Below, in pieces: positions 40,531-52,073 of a DNA stretch of 64,000 bases. The stretch comes from Geosiphon pyriformis uo1. Lineage: Eukaryota > Fungi > Glomeromycota. Where the stretch lies: contig JAAOMT010000435.1 of the NCBI GenBank assembly GCA_016748015.1, positions 186,001-250,000 of the forward strand, given 5' to 3'. A program made the translations under genes and the position numbers. The notes under the pieces were generated by a model that saw only the letters and a program-made list of their open reading frames with translations, ran no database searches and had not been told where the DNA came from. Every line of letters starts with the position of its first letter. Position 1 is the stretch's first letter.

Positions 40531-41462
40531 TATTACAAGTGCTTATTTGTGGTGTTAATACAAATAACAAACCTATAACTTGGTGCTTAATAGCTTAATA
40601 ATGTTGGTAATTCTGAAGGTTTTTGTGATTTGAAGGTTTTAGTAAAGTTTTTTATATAATAAACAAAAATTCAATTAATGTTTCAGTACCTATCTCAGAA
40701 GTTCTTTCTGTAAATTTCTTTTTCAACATAGTAGCCAGTCTTTTTTGGCAGTCTTGCTCTTTTAATAAGCTATTTTCAATTTTATGAGTTCTTTATCTTT
40801 GTTTTATAGATCTTTTACCAAGCTATTCTTGACATCAATAATTCAATACTTAATTCTTTTAATCAATTAGTAAACAACAAAAAAATAAAATAAAAAAAAA
40901 TAAAAAAAAATAAAAAAAATAAAAAAAAAATAAAAAAATAAATATTCTGTCAATAGCCATAATCAAGAGCTATTGATTCAATATGGTTAAGTATTGGATT
41001 TTATTAACATAAAGTGTTGATAGAATAGGAATGATTAATATTTTTTAATCAAATGATAATAATATGAATTTAAATAATAATTGATATTTTATTGATATGT
41101 AATTTAATTTCACTTTAAGTTGTAGAAAACTACTTTTTGAAAAAAGAAGTATTGAGTGATTAATAGATTCTAACTGATTGTTAGTATTGATTTTGTTTTT
41201 TTTGCTTTTAATACTTTTATTATATATACATAATTCTTGTTATATGAGATTTTACATTTTCTTAAACAATATGTTATGATTTTCTGATAATGTGCTTATT
41301 GTTAAGCAGTGTGCCATAATTTACTGACAATATACACATTATTGAACAATATGTCATAATTTTCTAATATTGTGTTTACTTACTAAGTACTATTCTCTTA
41401 TTGATCTATTTTTTTATCTGTTTTTTTTACTTTCTTTCTTTGTACTTTTTCTATAAGTAATA
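40531..41462 (-). repeat. 3' LTR of copy B
   Basis: Direct repeat of 53432-54405, with tattacaagtgcttatttgtgg...ctataagtaata termini. Confidence 0.88.
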
Positions 41463-42329
41463 TTATTTCTTTCTTTAATATTGAGCTTTGTTGAAATTTT
41501 TATTTTGGATTAAGTTTATTACTTCTTTTTCTAATACTGTTTGTTTAATTCTGTTCCTTATTTCTTCAGATTAAGAGTTGTTCATTTTTTTTTACTGGTT
41601 TACAGTTATTGTTTCTATTTTTTAATGTAGTAGTATTTCTGAAAATTTTGAAATATAGTGTGTAATTAGTAAATTGTTTTGATGTATAGTTTAAAATTTG
41701 TTTTCTTTTCAATAAAATTTTTAATCTGTTGTACTATTTTTTAATTGAATATTTTTTTGAATTTGTTGATATATAATTTTTGAATATTCAGTTTTTGTTT
41801 CAATTGATAATAACAATATAATACTGGAAGTTGTTCTATTTATAGCTTCCAGTTTTTTTTAGTTAGTTTTTCTGTTAAGATTATCTTTGATATTTTTCCA
41901 AAAGTGTTTTTTACTTTTTTTATAACTTTATTTAACTAGTACTTTATTTGTAGTTGCTAATATAGAGTAATTCTTGCTTTTTTCTCTTTTTTAGTGTTTT
42001 GATAACAAAATGTTTGGTGGTTAATAACAATTTTTATATTTAATTGTTGTTAATTTATGGCTTAGAATAATTGTTAAGCTATTGTGTAAATGTGGTCTAA
42101 GATTTCTATTTTTTTGTTGTTGCTTTTGTTATATTTACCATGTCTTTATATATTTTTGTAGATTAATTTAATGTGTTTGTGTTAATAATTATGATTGGTT
42201 TCAGATTTTGTGAAATTTTATCTGGTTGGACTAGTATTTATTGTATTTCTAATTGTGAAATATTACTGGTGAATAATAATACTATATTGTAATATAGTTT
42301 CAGTTAATCTCCAGATGCTGCTTTAGTTA

Positions 42330-45300
42330 AGATTTTGTTGTCTCATCTTAATTTATAAGCTTTATTTTCTAAAAATTTTTCAATGTGAAAATGTCTATTT
42401 TATTTAAAGTCAAATTTTTCACTCTATTGTTTTTCTACTTTGGTAAAATATAAAAATATTTTGTCTTCAATTCTAAATTTGACTGGTTTATTTAGTAATT
42501 GTTTATCATGTTATTTTTTCTGTTTTTTTTGTAATTTTTGGATGTTATTAACTGTTCTTCACTTTTTGTTTTCTAATGTTTTCATTAAATCATATGTTTT
42601 TTTCAGCAATGTTTTTTGAAAATTGGCTTCTGTTATTAGTTTTATTAGATATATATTAATATCTATTTCGATTAGTAATGCTGTTGTTCTACTATAGACA
42701 AGTTTAAATAGTATTATTTGTATGGTATCTTGCTTTATTGTTCAATAAGCAAATAATACTAATGGTATAAACAAATCTTATTTGTCCTGATTTTTTTGAC
42801 TGATCTTGGCTATTACTTTATACAATGTTTTATTAAATCTTTTGATTAAGCTATTTGTTTATAGATAATATAGTAATAATAATGGTCTTTTGATTCCAAA
42901 TCTTTGACTTAATTTTGTTAATATTCTGTTCACAAAGTGAGTTTCTTGATCTGATAACAATTTTTTTGGATATCTATGTCAACAAATTAAATCTTGATAA
43001 ATGAATTTAGCTACTAATTCTGTATTTGCTCTTTGAATTGCTTTTGTTTTTGGTCATTTTGTGAAATAATCTATGACTACTGCTATATATTTATTGTTTT
43101 TGCTAATTATTGTTAATGGTCTAACTAAGTTAATTCTAATTCAATCAAATAGTTGTCATATTTTGATTGGTTTTAATGGTTTATTGGGTTTTGTTTCTTT
43201 TTTTCTTTGACAAATATCACAATTTTGAACATATTAGATAATGTTTAGATATATGAATGGCTAATAATATCTTTTTCTTATTCTTTTTATGATTGCTTTT
43301 TTATAAAAATGTTTTGTTATTAGATCTGAATACATATTAAATAGTATTGTTTTTTTTTCTGATTTTGTAATTACTCTAAATGGCTAATCTGAGTATTTTT
43401 TGTTTTTTTAGTATAATATATCTTGATAAATTATAAAATATTTTGCTTGTTGTTTTATGTTGTTTTGTTCTTTTTAAGATAATTTTTTCTTGAACTGTTG
43501 AGTATTAATGTAATGTTAGAGTTGTTGATATTTTTGTGTGTTTATTTTTTGTTATATTTTTGGGTTAAAATGTTCTTAGATTTGTCTTATTTATGACAAA
43601 TTATTAATATTTCCATTTTTTTTTCTTTTTTTATAATGTATAATATAATTAAATAGTGATAATTTTATTTTCTATTTTGCATAACAATTGTTTTCAAATT
43701 TTTGCTTTTGGATTGATGTCAATTCTTTATAATTAATATATATCTCAAACTTTTAACTCAAATTTTTTTTTTATTTGATAACAGTCTAATAGATAGCTAA
43801 GTATTTTAATGCTAAGATTTCATAGTTTTTTTGGCTGGACTTAAACTTCTACTGGCATATGTCACTGGATGTTCTTATTCATCTGTTTTTTTTTGTGACA
43901 ATACAGTTCTCAATACTTAATTAGATATATTAGTAGTAATAATAAATAACTTGCTATAATTTGTATAGATCAATACTAGTGCTTAAATAAGCTTTCTTTT
44001 CAAAATATTAAAAGCTTCTTGTTGGGTTTTAGTTTTTTTATATTTCACATTTTTTGCTTAAAGCTAATAAAATAATTGAGCCAATTTGAAGAAGTTTTGG
44101 ATGAAACAGTAATAGTATTCAGCAAATCTTAAGAATCCTCTTAATTTTGTTAAATTTGTTGGTATTGTGAAGTTTTTAACTATTTCAATTTTGTCTGGAT
44201 CTGTTTTGATGTTGTCTTTGTTTATAACATGTCCCAAAAACTTGAGTTCAGTTTTGCCAAAAAAGCATTTAATTGTATTCAACTTTAATTTGGCTCTTCT
44301 TAATCTTTCAAACACTTATTGAAGATGATAGAAATAGTCATTAAATATTTTAGAGAACACATTGGTGTTATCCAAGTAGATTATTACTGATTTCCATAGT
44401 AATCTGGTGTATACAATTTCCATGAGCCATTAAAAAATAGCTGAAGCATTAGTTAAGCCAAATAGTATAATATCAAATTCAAAGTTCTCTTTTCTGGTAG
44501 TAAACATGGTTTTCTCTTTGTTGGCTGAATTTATGACTACTTATTAATAACTACTATCTAAGTCTAATATTAAACACTATTTTTTTCCTCTAAAAGCATC
44601 AAATAATTCTTAAATCTATAAAGTCAGATAGCTGTTTCTATGAATAATATTGTTGAGTTTTTGATAATTTACACAAAAACAGATCTTTCTATTTTTCTTA
44701 TAAATAAATACTACTGGTGATAACTATAGGCTTATTGATAATTGAATTAACCTATTGTCCAACATTCTGTTGATTTTTTGTCTGATGATTTTATGGCTGG
44801 CTGGTGGTACTTTATATGCTTTTTGTTTAAATGGTATTGCATTTCCAGTTTTAATCTAATGTTAGATAATATCAGTTCTACCAAATTCGTTTTCATTGGC
44901 AAAGATATAAGTGAAATTGTTAAATAGTATCTTGAGTTGTATTTGTTAAAATGGGTCTAAATTTCCTAAGTTTATTTGTTCTAATTGTTTAAGTTATAAC
45001 AAATAATACTTTTCTTATTTATAGATTGTTTGTGATGTGATATCTACATATTTACATAATTGTAAAAAGTCTAAAATAGTGGTTGGTAATTGGTTTTCAA
45101 CTTTAATGTTTAAGTATCTAATAGTAATTTTACTTAATATTTCTATGGGGTCTCCAGTTGTATTATATATTGAGATTTTAATGTGTTTATAGTTCTTGGC
45201 TAGTATGTAGAAATTGGTAATACTAATTGCTCTTGATTTACAAATAGTTGGTTTAACTTTAAAAATCTGGATCTGATTTTTTACTTTCTTTTTTATTATT

Positions 45301-47520
45301 AATATGTATTGATTATATGGTAAAATAGAAATTGACTGATAAATAGAGATAATTTTTTTCTTATCAATTGTTTTTTTTTCCACCATATTAACTGATATAT
45401 CTATTTTATCTGTTGATCTAAATCTTTTTATCTCTCTTGCTATAATCCCAAACTTTTTTCTTGTTTTCACTAATATTAACTGAGCTATTTTAACTAAAGA
45501 CAAGAATATTTTCTATGCTATTTTTTTGTTTGGTTCAATAATATATCTCTTTTCTGAATTGTTTTGTAGTATTGCAATAATATTTTCTATATATTTCATA
45601 TTAATTATTTTTTTTTTAATATTAATCTCTTTTTTTACTAAACTAGATTTAGAGACTAGTTAAACTATTATTGTTGCTAGAATTTTTTGTACTGTTTTCA
45701 GATTTATACTAATATGTAAATGAGATTCTAATCTGATGGCAGTTTTTTTTAAATGCTTGAAATCAAATCCTGTATTAGTATTATGTGCATGTTCTGGCAT
45801 AATATCTTTATTGTTATTATTAAACTATTTTAGTTTCTGCTTTATTGACAGATTTGAAAGTACAATATATTGTTCAGAATTGTAATTGGAATTTGAATTG
45901 TTATTGTTGTTGTCATAGTAAATAGAGTTAGAATTATTGTTGTTATTATTATTAAAGTCTGAATTGTGTTTAGATTTAGATTCTGATTCCAATGTGCATT
46001 TATTGATTGGTTTTTTTTCTTTGGGAATTAAATAGATTATGTGTGGTGGTAGATTGTAGATGAGATTACAATTGTCACAATATTCAAAGTCACTTAGAAT
46101 TAAACAATATTTACACAGCTTTATATTTAATTGTTCTAGTTTTTGTTTTTGCTCTTTTCTAATCAACACTAAGTATTAGTAGTGCTCATAAAATTGTTCT
46201 GAATTGTCCATAATATTATTAAAGATGTTAAAAGTTAGGACAAATTCGGATTCAGGAAGTGTTAGTAGATTATTTTTGATTTTTTATATTTTACTGGATA
46301 AAGCATCTTTAACTTTAGCACTTATTATTTTCCAGATTTCATGTTTGTTGTATGAATAACTTCTTAAATATGTAAATGCTTATTTCCAGATAGCATCAAT
46401 TGAAATTTTTTTTCATATTCAGTTATTGATTAAACTTGTATATTAACATGTTTTGTCATATGTTTCTCCTTATTTAGGAATGTTATTCCATATTTCTTTG
46501 TCAAAAAAAATTGTTTTACACATAAGACAAAGCTTATTGTTCTATTTTTTTTGTTGTTTGAATTGTCCAAAGCATTCAAAAACACATGGGTGACAATAAT
46601 ACTTAGTTGCTGTTGGCTATTCTTTGTTATTGCTACAATATACACTTATTGTTGACAATTTTTTGTCACAATTGGCACATATTAATTTGGATCAACAATA
46701 ATTTGGTTGTCTTAGTAGTATAGTATATAAAGTATACATTGAAGAGATAACTTAGAGTTGTTCTTTTTCTCTTTTTTTTTCCTTTTTTTTTACAGATTAG
46801 AATTAGTGATAGTTTATTGTGATCTTTGTTGACTCATAAAACTTGATAAGCTTTTCAAGTAGGTTTTTCTTCTTTTTTCTTAAATTCTATTAGTAAATGT
46901 ATGGTGATTGGTTTGAAATGATCACAAGTAACAAATACCTAAGTTTGCTAACTATTTTGACTAAACTGTAGCTTTTAAATATTCCAGTCAAGCATAGTAT
47001 TAGTTTTGAACAACCAGTCATTATTAATTAATGCTTAATATTGTATGGCTTTCATAATAAGAATATTAATTGGTGTAATAATACCATTAACTTTGAATGA
47101 AAAGTCATTAATCTTGTCAATTAAAGTCTTTGTTGTTTTATTGGCAATAATAATTTTAGTACTGATAACACAATCAACTTGGCAACCTAATTGGTTTATG
47201 AGTTGTTATGTGATAATATTGTTTGTTAAACTACTATCAAAAATTAGCTTAATAGAATGATTATTAACTTTAACATTAGTATACATCACAGTGATTGGTT
47301 TAATATTAAGAGCAGTTCTACTGAATAGTGGTGTTATTGTTGATTCTTTTAACTTAAAGAGAAAAATGACTGCAAATGATTTGTTTTCTGTAATAGTTGC
47401 TAGTAAAATGTTGTTGATAAGTAATTTGTGATTGGTATTCAGATTGTTGAATAAGTTGGTTGCAGTCAGAAGACTTAAATAATTCTGGAAATTTTGGTTT
47501 TGAGTGTATTCACTTTTCAA
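42330..47520 (-). pseudogene. pol of copy B: PR (~46900-47300), Cys-rich domain (~46000-46700), dUTPase (~45405-45800), RT (~44060-44900), RH, IN (~42350-43450)
   Basis: 'IKLIFDSS' (ORF 47206-47520), 'IYLDNTNVFS', 'FERLRRAKLKLNTIKCFFGKTELKFLGHVI' (ORF 44064-44315), integrase core remnants. Confidence 0.88.
45405..45800 (-). pseudogene. dUTPase domain within Gypsy pol (copy B), decayed
   Basis: In one reading frame: PEHAHNTNTGFDF / SKSSLVKKEI / KKKIINMKYIEN / NKKIA*KIF / AREIKRFRSTD. These match trimeric dUTPase motifs 1-5 in order once transitions are reversed. Confidence 0.85.
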
Positions 47521-47806
47521 ATTTCTTGGACATAATTCTAATAACTAATTTGATGCATTGGAGATTAGTTGATACACAACTATTGCCAATCTCTAATTTT
47601 GTTGTGTATATATCATTCTTGGTCTTTAGTTTTCAGCTGGCACAGTAATATTAATATTTGTTAAGATTAATATATGATTTGTGACTGTAATTAATATAGT
47701 ACTGGTGCTAAAGTCTAATATACTGGAATAGTAGTTCACAGTTTAGAACTAGTAATTAGAACTTTAATATTGATTTCTTGATCATTAGTATTTTAATCTT
47801 AATTGA

Positions 47807-48529
47807 TATTATAAGTGAATATTTAGGGTCTGGAAACAAATAACAAACTTATAACTTAGTGCTTAATAAGTGATGGTGTTGGTAATATCTAAAGGTTTTG
47901 GTGTCTGAAGGTTTTGGTTGAGTCTTTTGTATAATAGACAGAGATTTAAGTGTTGTTTTCTTATAGCTTCCCAGAATTGCAATTTTATCTAATTTTTGTC
48001 TTTAGTATGATGGCCAGTTTATTCTGACAGTCATGCCTTTCTGGTAAGTTTATTCATAAATTCTGTAACTCTATACCTTTCCTTTGGGGTTTTTTATCAG
48101 GCTATTTTTAATGTCAATTAATCAATACTTGATCCCTCAAATCAATTAGTAAACAATAAACAACAAAGAAATAAAAGAAAATAAATAAAATAAAGAAATA
48201 AGCCAAGGCAAAAAAGAGTTAGTATCCCATTAATAGCCATGATCAAAAGCTATTGGTCCAATATAGTTAAGTATTAGTAATTATCAACATGAATTTGTTG
48301 ATATTAGAAAGATATATTGTGATATTTAATTCTCTAGCCAGAAATTCAGGAATTTCTAAAATCTTGTAATTCTTTAAGAGGAATTCTGAAATTCTAGAAT
48401 CTTGTAATTCTTCATACTAGAATTCTGTAATTTTTCTGAAAAAAATTCTGGAATTCCGTTTTTACTATGTCTTATTCTGATTGGCTAATTTGTGTACTAA
48501 TATATAATTTCTATATTCTATAAGTAACA
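47807..48529 (-). mobile_element. Solo family 1 LTR in the gag of copy B
   Basis: tattataagtg...taagtaaca, flanks ttga/ttag. Lies immediately beside the gag knuckle CHYCSKQEYLRIDC (~48532-48576, minus). Closest in sequence to 32429-33371. Confidence 0.83.
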
Positions 48530-50429
48530 TTAGCAGTCTATTCTTAAATATTCTTGTTTACTACAATAGTGGCAGATATATATCTTTTGCTATTATAATT
48601 AATTGGCTAATGAAGATAATAAATATGATTAATTCTAAAAACAATTGGAGTTTTCTGAATTGTTATGGCATTATAGAAGTTAATAGATTGTCTAATTGTT
48701 AATTAAATATCTTTTAATTTTCTGATTGATGGTTTTGCCAAATTGTTTCAATTTGGTATTCAATTTAAATAATCTATTTATTATTAGGTTTATAGCTTAG
48801 ATATAATTGGCTTCAAGTTTGGCTGATTCAAAATCTCTGATATGTATAACTGTATCTTAGAATGTTTATAGATGTAATAGACATTGTTACAAGTGATTTT
48901 TTGGGGTGTCGAGTAAATAACAAACCTGTAACTTGGTGCTCAAGGTGATTGGTGATGATGATAATCTGAAGGTATTTTATTTGAAGATTTTCCAATTGAA
49001 TTCTTTGTATAATGGACAGAGATTTAATGGTAACAGTTTATCAGTAGTTTCCTGGCACTGTAGTTTCGCCAATTGCTTACTTAGCTTGATGGTTGATAAT
49101 TTTCTTAATACAATATCCTCTGTAAGTGTATACTAGTGTAGTTTCCTGACGTCAGTTTCTCTGTAAGTCCTCCAAGAGTAAGTGTTGTTTAAACAAGTTT
49201 ATTTCTTTGTAAGTTCTTCAAGAGTAAGTATTTTTTAGTAAGCTTTATTTCTCCATAAGTCCTCTAAGAGTAAATCCTTTAATCAAGTTAGTAGACAACA
49301 AAGAAAATAAAGAAAAATAAAAGAGAAAATAAAAAAGAAGCCAAGGCAATTTGCAAGTTAGTAACGCATCAATAGCCATAATCAAGAGCTATTGTTCCAG
49401 TATGGTTAAGTATCAGTTACCATTAACATGAAGTGTTGATAGTGGAGAATGAATTTGATATAATGAATAATTATTTATTTGAGAATTGTAGTAACTAAGC
49501 TAAAAATTCTTGGTGTTGATTCTTTTTTTTTTTTTTTTTTGTAATTTTAATAATTATAATTTTGTGAGTTTAATTGATTCTATGAGTCTAATTGACTCCA
49601 CAAATCAATTGACTCTAAGTTCTATTGACTAATTTTCTAATTTCTGATACTACTGTTATATATACGTATTTGAGATTCCTCAATTCCTCAATTCTTCATG
49701 TCAGGAATCCTGAAATTCCTGGAATTCTGCAATTCATTTGAGAAAAATCCTGGAATTCTGGAATTCTGCGATTCCTCATGTAAGAATCCTGCAATTTTTC
49801 TGAAAGGAATTCTAGAATTCCACATTTACTATGTTTACTTATGATTGGCTAATTTATATGCTAATATACTTCCTATATTTTATGAGTAATATTATTCTCT
49901 CTTTTAATATTGAGCTCCTGTGAAATCTTCTAAATCTCTCTTTTGTATCAATGTTGTTGTGGTAATTTTTATTGCTATTTGTAAATCTAATTTTATACAT
50001 GACTGGGGTTTTTAACTGTAGTGGTCTGTTCAAAATATCCATGTTCAAATCTTGTATCTGTATTATGTACATGTTCAGACATAATGTTTTTATTATTATC
50101 ACTGAATTGAGTTAATTCCTGCTCTATTGTAAGATTTAGAAGTGTGATATATTATTTGGTGTTTGAAGTGGAGTTTGAATTGTTGTTGGCAGAGTTTAAA
50201 TCATTGTTTGTCATTAGCGGAGTTTGAATCATTGTTGTTATCAGTGGAGTTTGAATTAGAATTAAGTTCCAATTCCGATTCCCATTTGTTCTTGCTGATA
50301 GGCTCTTCTTTGAATATATGACACATAGAAGTGGATTGTAACTATGTCCCAATATTCTGACTTAGGGCTGTCAGGTAAGTTTTGCTGATTTATTGGTACT
50401 GTGAGAATTAGGTTTTATTGGGCTATCAG

Positions 50430-50915
50430 AGGTAAGTTTCCTTGTATGATAGTGGGGTTTGGAATTTATTAAACTTTAAATGTTCGGTTTTTTGGATAAT
50501 TCTCAGAGTTTGAATTGCTAGAGGTTTAACGAGTTTTATTGATGGTAAGTTTCTTTGTACAATAGCGGGGTTGGAATTATCGGGTTTCAAATATTTGAGG
50601 GGTTTTTTTTTTTTTTTTTTTTTTGAATAATCGGGTCTTGAATAATCGAAGTTTTAATTTAACGAGTTTTTAACAAATTTATCAATAGTAATTTTCGAAT
50701 GTTCGGGGTTTTAACAATTGGGTCTTAAATAATCGGAGTTTGAATTTAACAAATTTTTTTTTTTTTTCAAAGGTGAGTTTCAAATGTTCGGGGTTTTAAT
50801 GATTGGGTTTTGAATAATTGGAGTTTTAATGAGTTTATCAATGGTAATTTTTGAATGTTTAGGGTTTTAATGATCAAGTCTTGAATAATTGGAGTTTTAA
50901 TTTAACGAGGTTTTC
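50430..50915. repeat. Imperfect ~70-80 bp tandem repeat array with poly(T) interruptions
   Basis: Recurrent unit aatgttcggggttttaatgatcgggtcttgaataatcggagttttaatttaacgag, about 5-6 copies. Confidence 0.75.
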
Positions 50916-51030
50916 AAAGGTAATAATAAAATAAGGATTTTGCAAATCCTAAGTAATTTTCTCTTGTTTTCTCTTGGTCTGCCATTTTCTTGCATGATTG
51001 TTGTTGGTATTGGTTCTCTGTTGGATTATA

Positions 51031-51047
51031 CTTCACAGGGAGCACCA
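51031..51047 (-). promoter_or_regulatory. Best-preserved primer-binding site TGGTGCTCCCTGTGAAG
   Basis: The + strand reads cttcacagggagcacca, 2 nt from the LTR terminus. Confidence 0.85.
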
Positions 51048-52073
51048 AATGTTATAGGTGATTCTTTGAGGTGTCAAGTAAATAACAAACCCATAACTTG
51101 GTGCTCAAGGTGATTGGTGATGATGATAATTTAAAGGTATTTTATCTGAAGGTTTTCCAATTGAGTTCTTTGTATAATGGACAGAGATTCAATGATAACA
51201 GTTTATCAGTAGTTTTCTGGCACTGTAGTTTTGCCAATTGCTTACTCAGCTTGATGGTTGATGATTCTTCTGGTATGATATTTTTTGTAAGTATATATCA
51301 GTATGGTTTCTTGGTGTCAGTTTCTCTGTAAGTCCTCCAAGAGTAAGTGTTGTTTAAGCAAGTTTATTCCTCTGTAAGTTCTCCAAAAGTAAGTATTTTT
51401 TAGTAAGCTTTATTCCTCTGTAAGTCCTCCAAGAGTAAATCCTTTAATCAAGTTAGTAAACAACAAAGAAAATAAAGAAAAATAAAAGAGAAAATAAGAA
51501 AGAAGCCAAGGCAATTTGCAAGTTAGTATCCCATTAATAGTTGTGATCAAGAACTATTGTTCCAGTATGGTTAAGTATCAGTTACCATCAACATGAAGTG
51601 TTGATAGTGAAGAATGAATTTGATATAGTGAATAATTATTTATTTGAGAATTGTAGTAACTAAGCTAAGAATTCTTGGTGTTGATTCTTTTTTTTTTTTT
51701 TGTAATTTTAATAATTATGATTTTACAAGTCTAATTGATTCTATAAGTCTAATTAACTTTGCAAATCAATTGATTTTAAGTTCTATTGACTAATTTTCTA
51801 ACTTCTGATACTACTGCTATATATATGTATTTGAGATTCCTCAATTTCTCAATTTTTCATGTCAGGAATCCTGAAATTTCTGGAATTCTGCAATTCATTT
51901 GAGAAAAATCTTGGAATTCTAGAATTTTGCAATTCCTTGTGTGAGAATTCTGCAATTCCTGGAATCCTGCAATTCTTCTAAGAGGAATCCTAGAATTCCA
52001 CATTTACTATGTCTACCTATAATTGGCTAATTTATATGCTAATATACTTTCTATATTTTATGAGTAACAGCAT

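Larger units (their letters stand above)
48885..52069 (-). mobile_element. Non-autonomous two-LTR element (TRIM/LARD-like deletion derivative of family 1) nested in the gag of copy B
   Basis: LTRs 48885-49891 and 51050-52069 (~1 kb each), PBS 51031-51047, PPT next to 49891, a ~1.16-kb interior without pol. TSD acat/gcat; host gag continuous across it. Confidence 0.9.

Noticed and set aside
50430-50915. Possible CRISPR array
   Set aside because: The units are degenerate tandem repeats without unique spacers, lie inside an LTR element, and no cas genes are present.
48933-51331. Duplicated ORF MVLKVIGDDDNLKVFYLK (48933-49136 and 51098-51331) as a small gene pair
   Set aside because: The duplication is simply the two LTRs. 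It starts at TTG and is not preserved in other family 1 LTRs.
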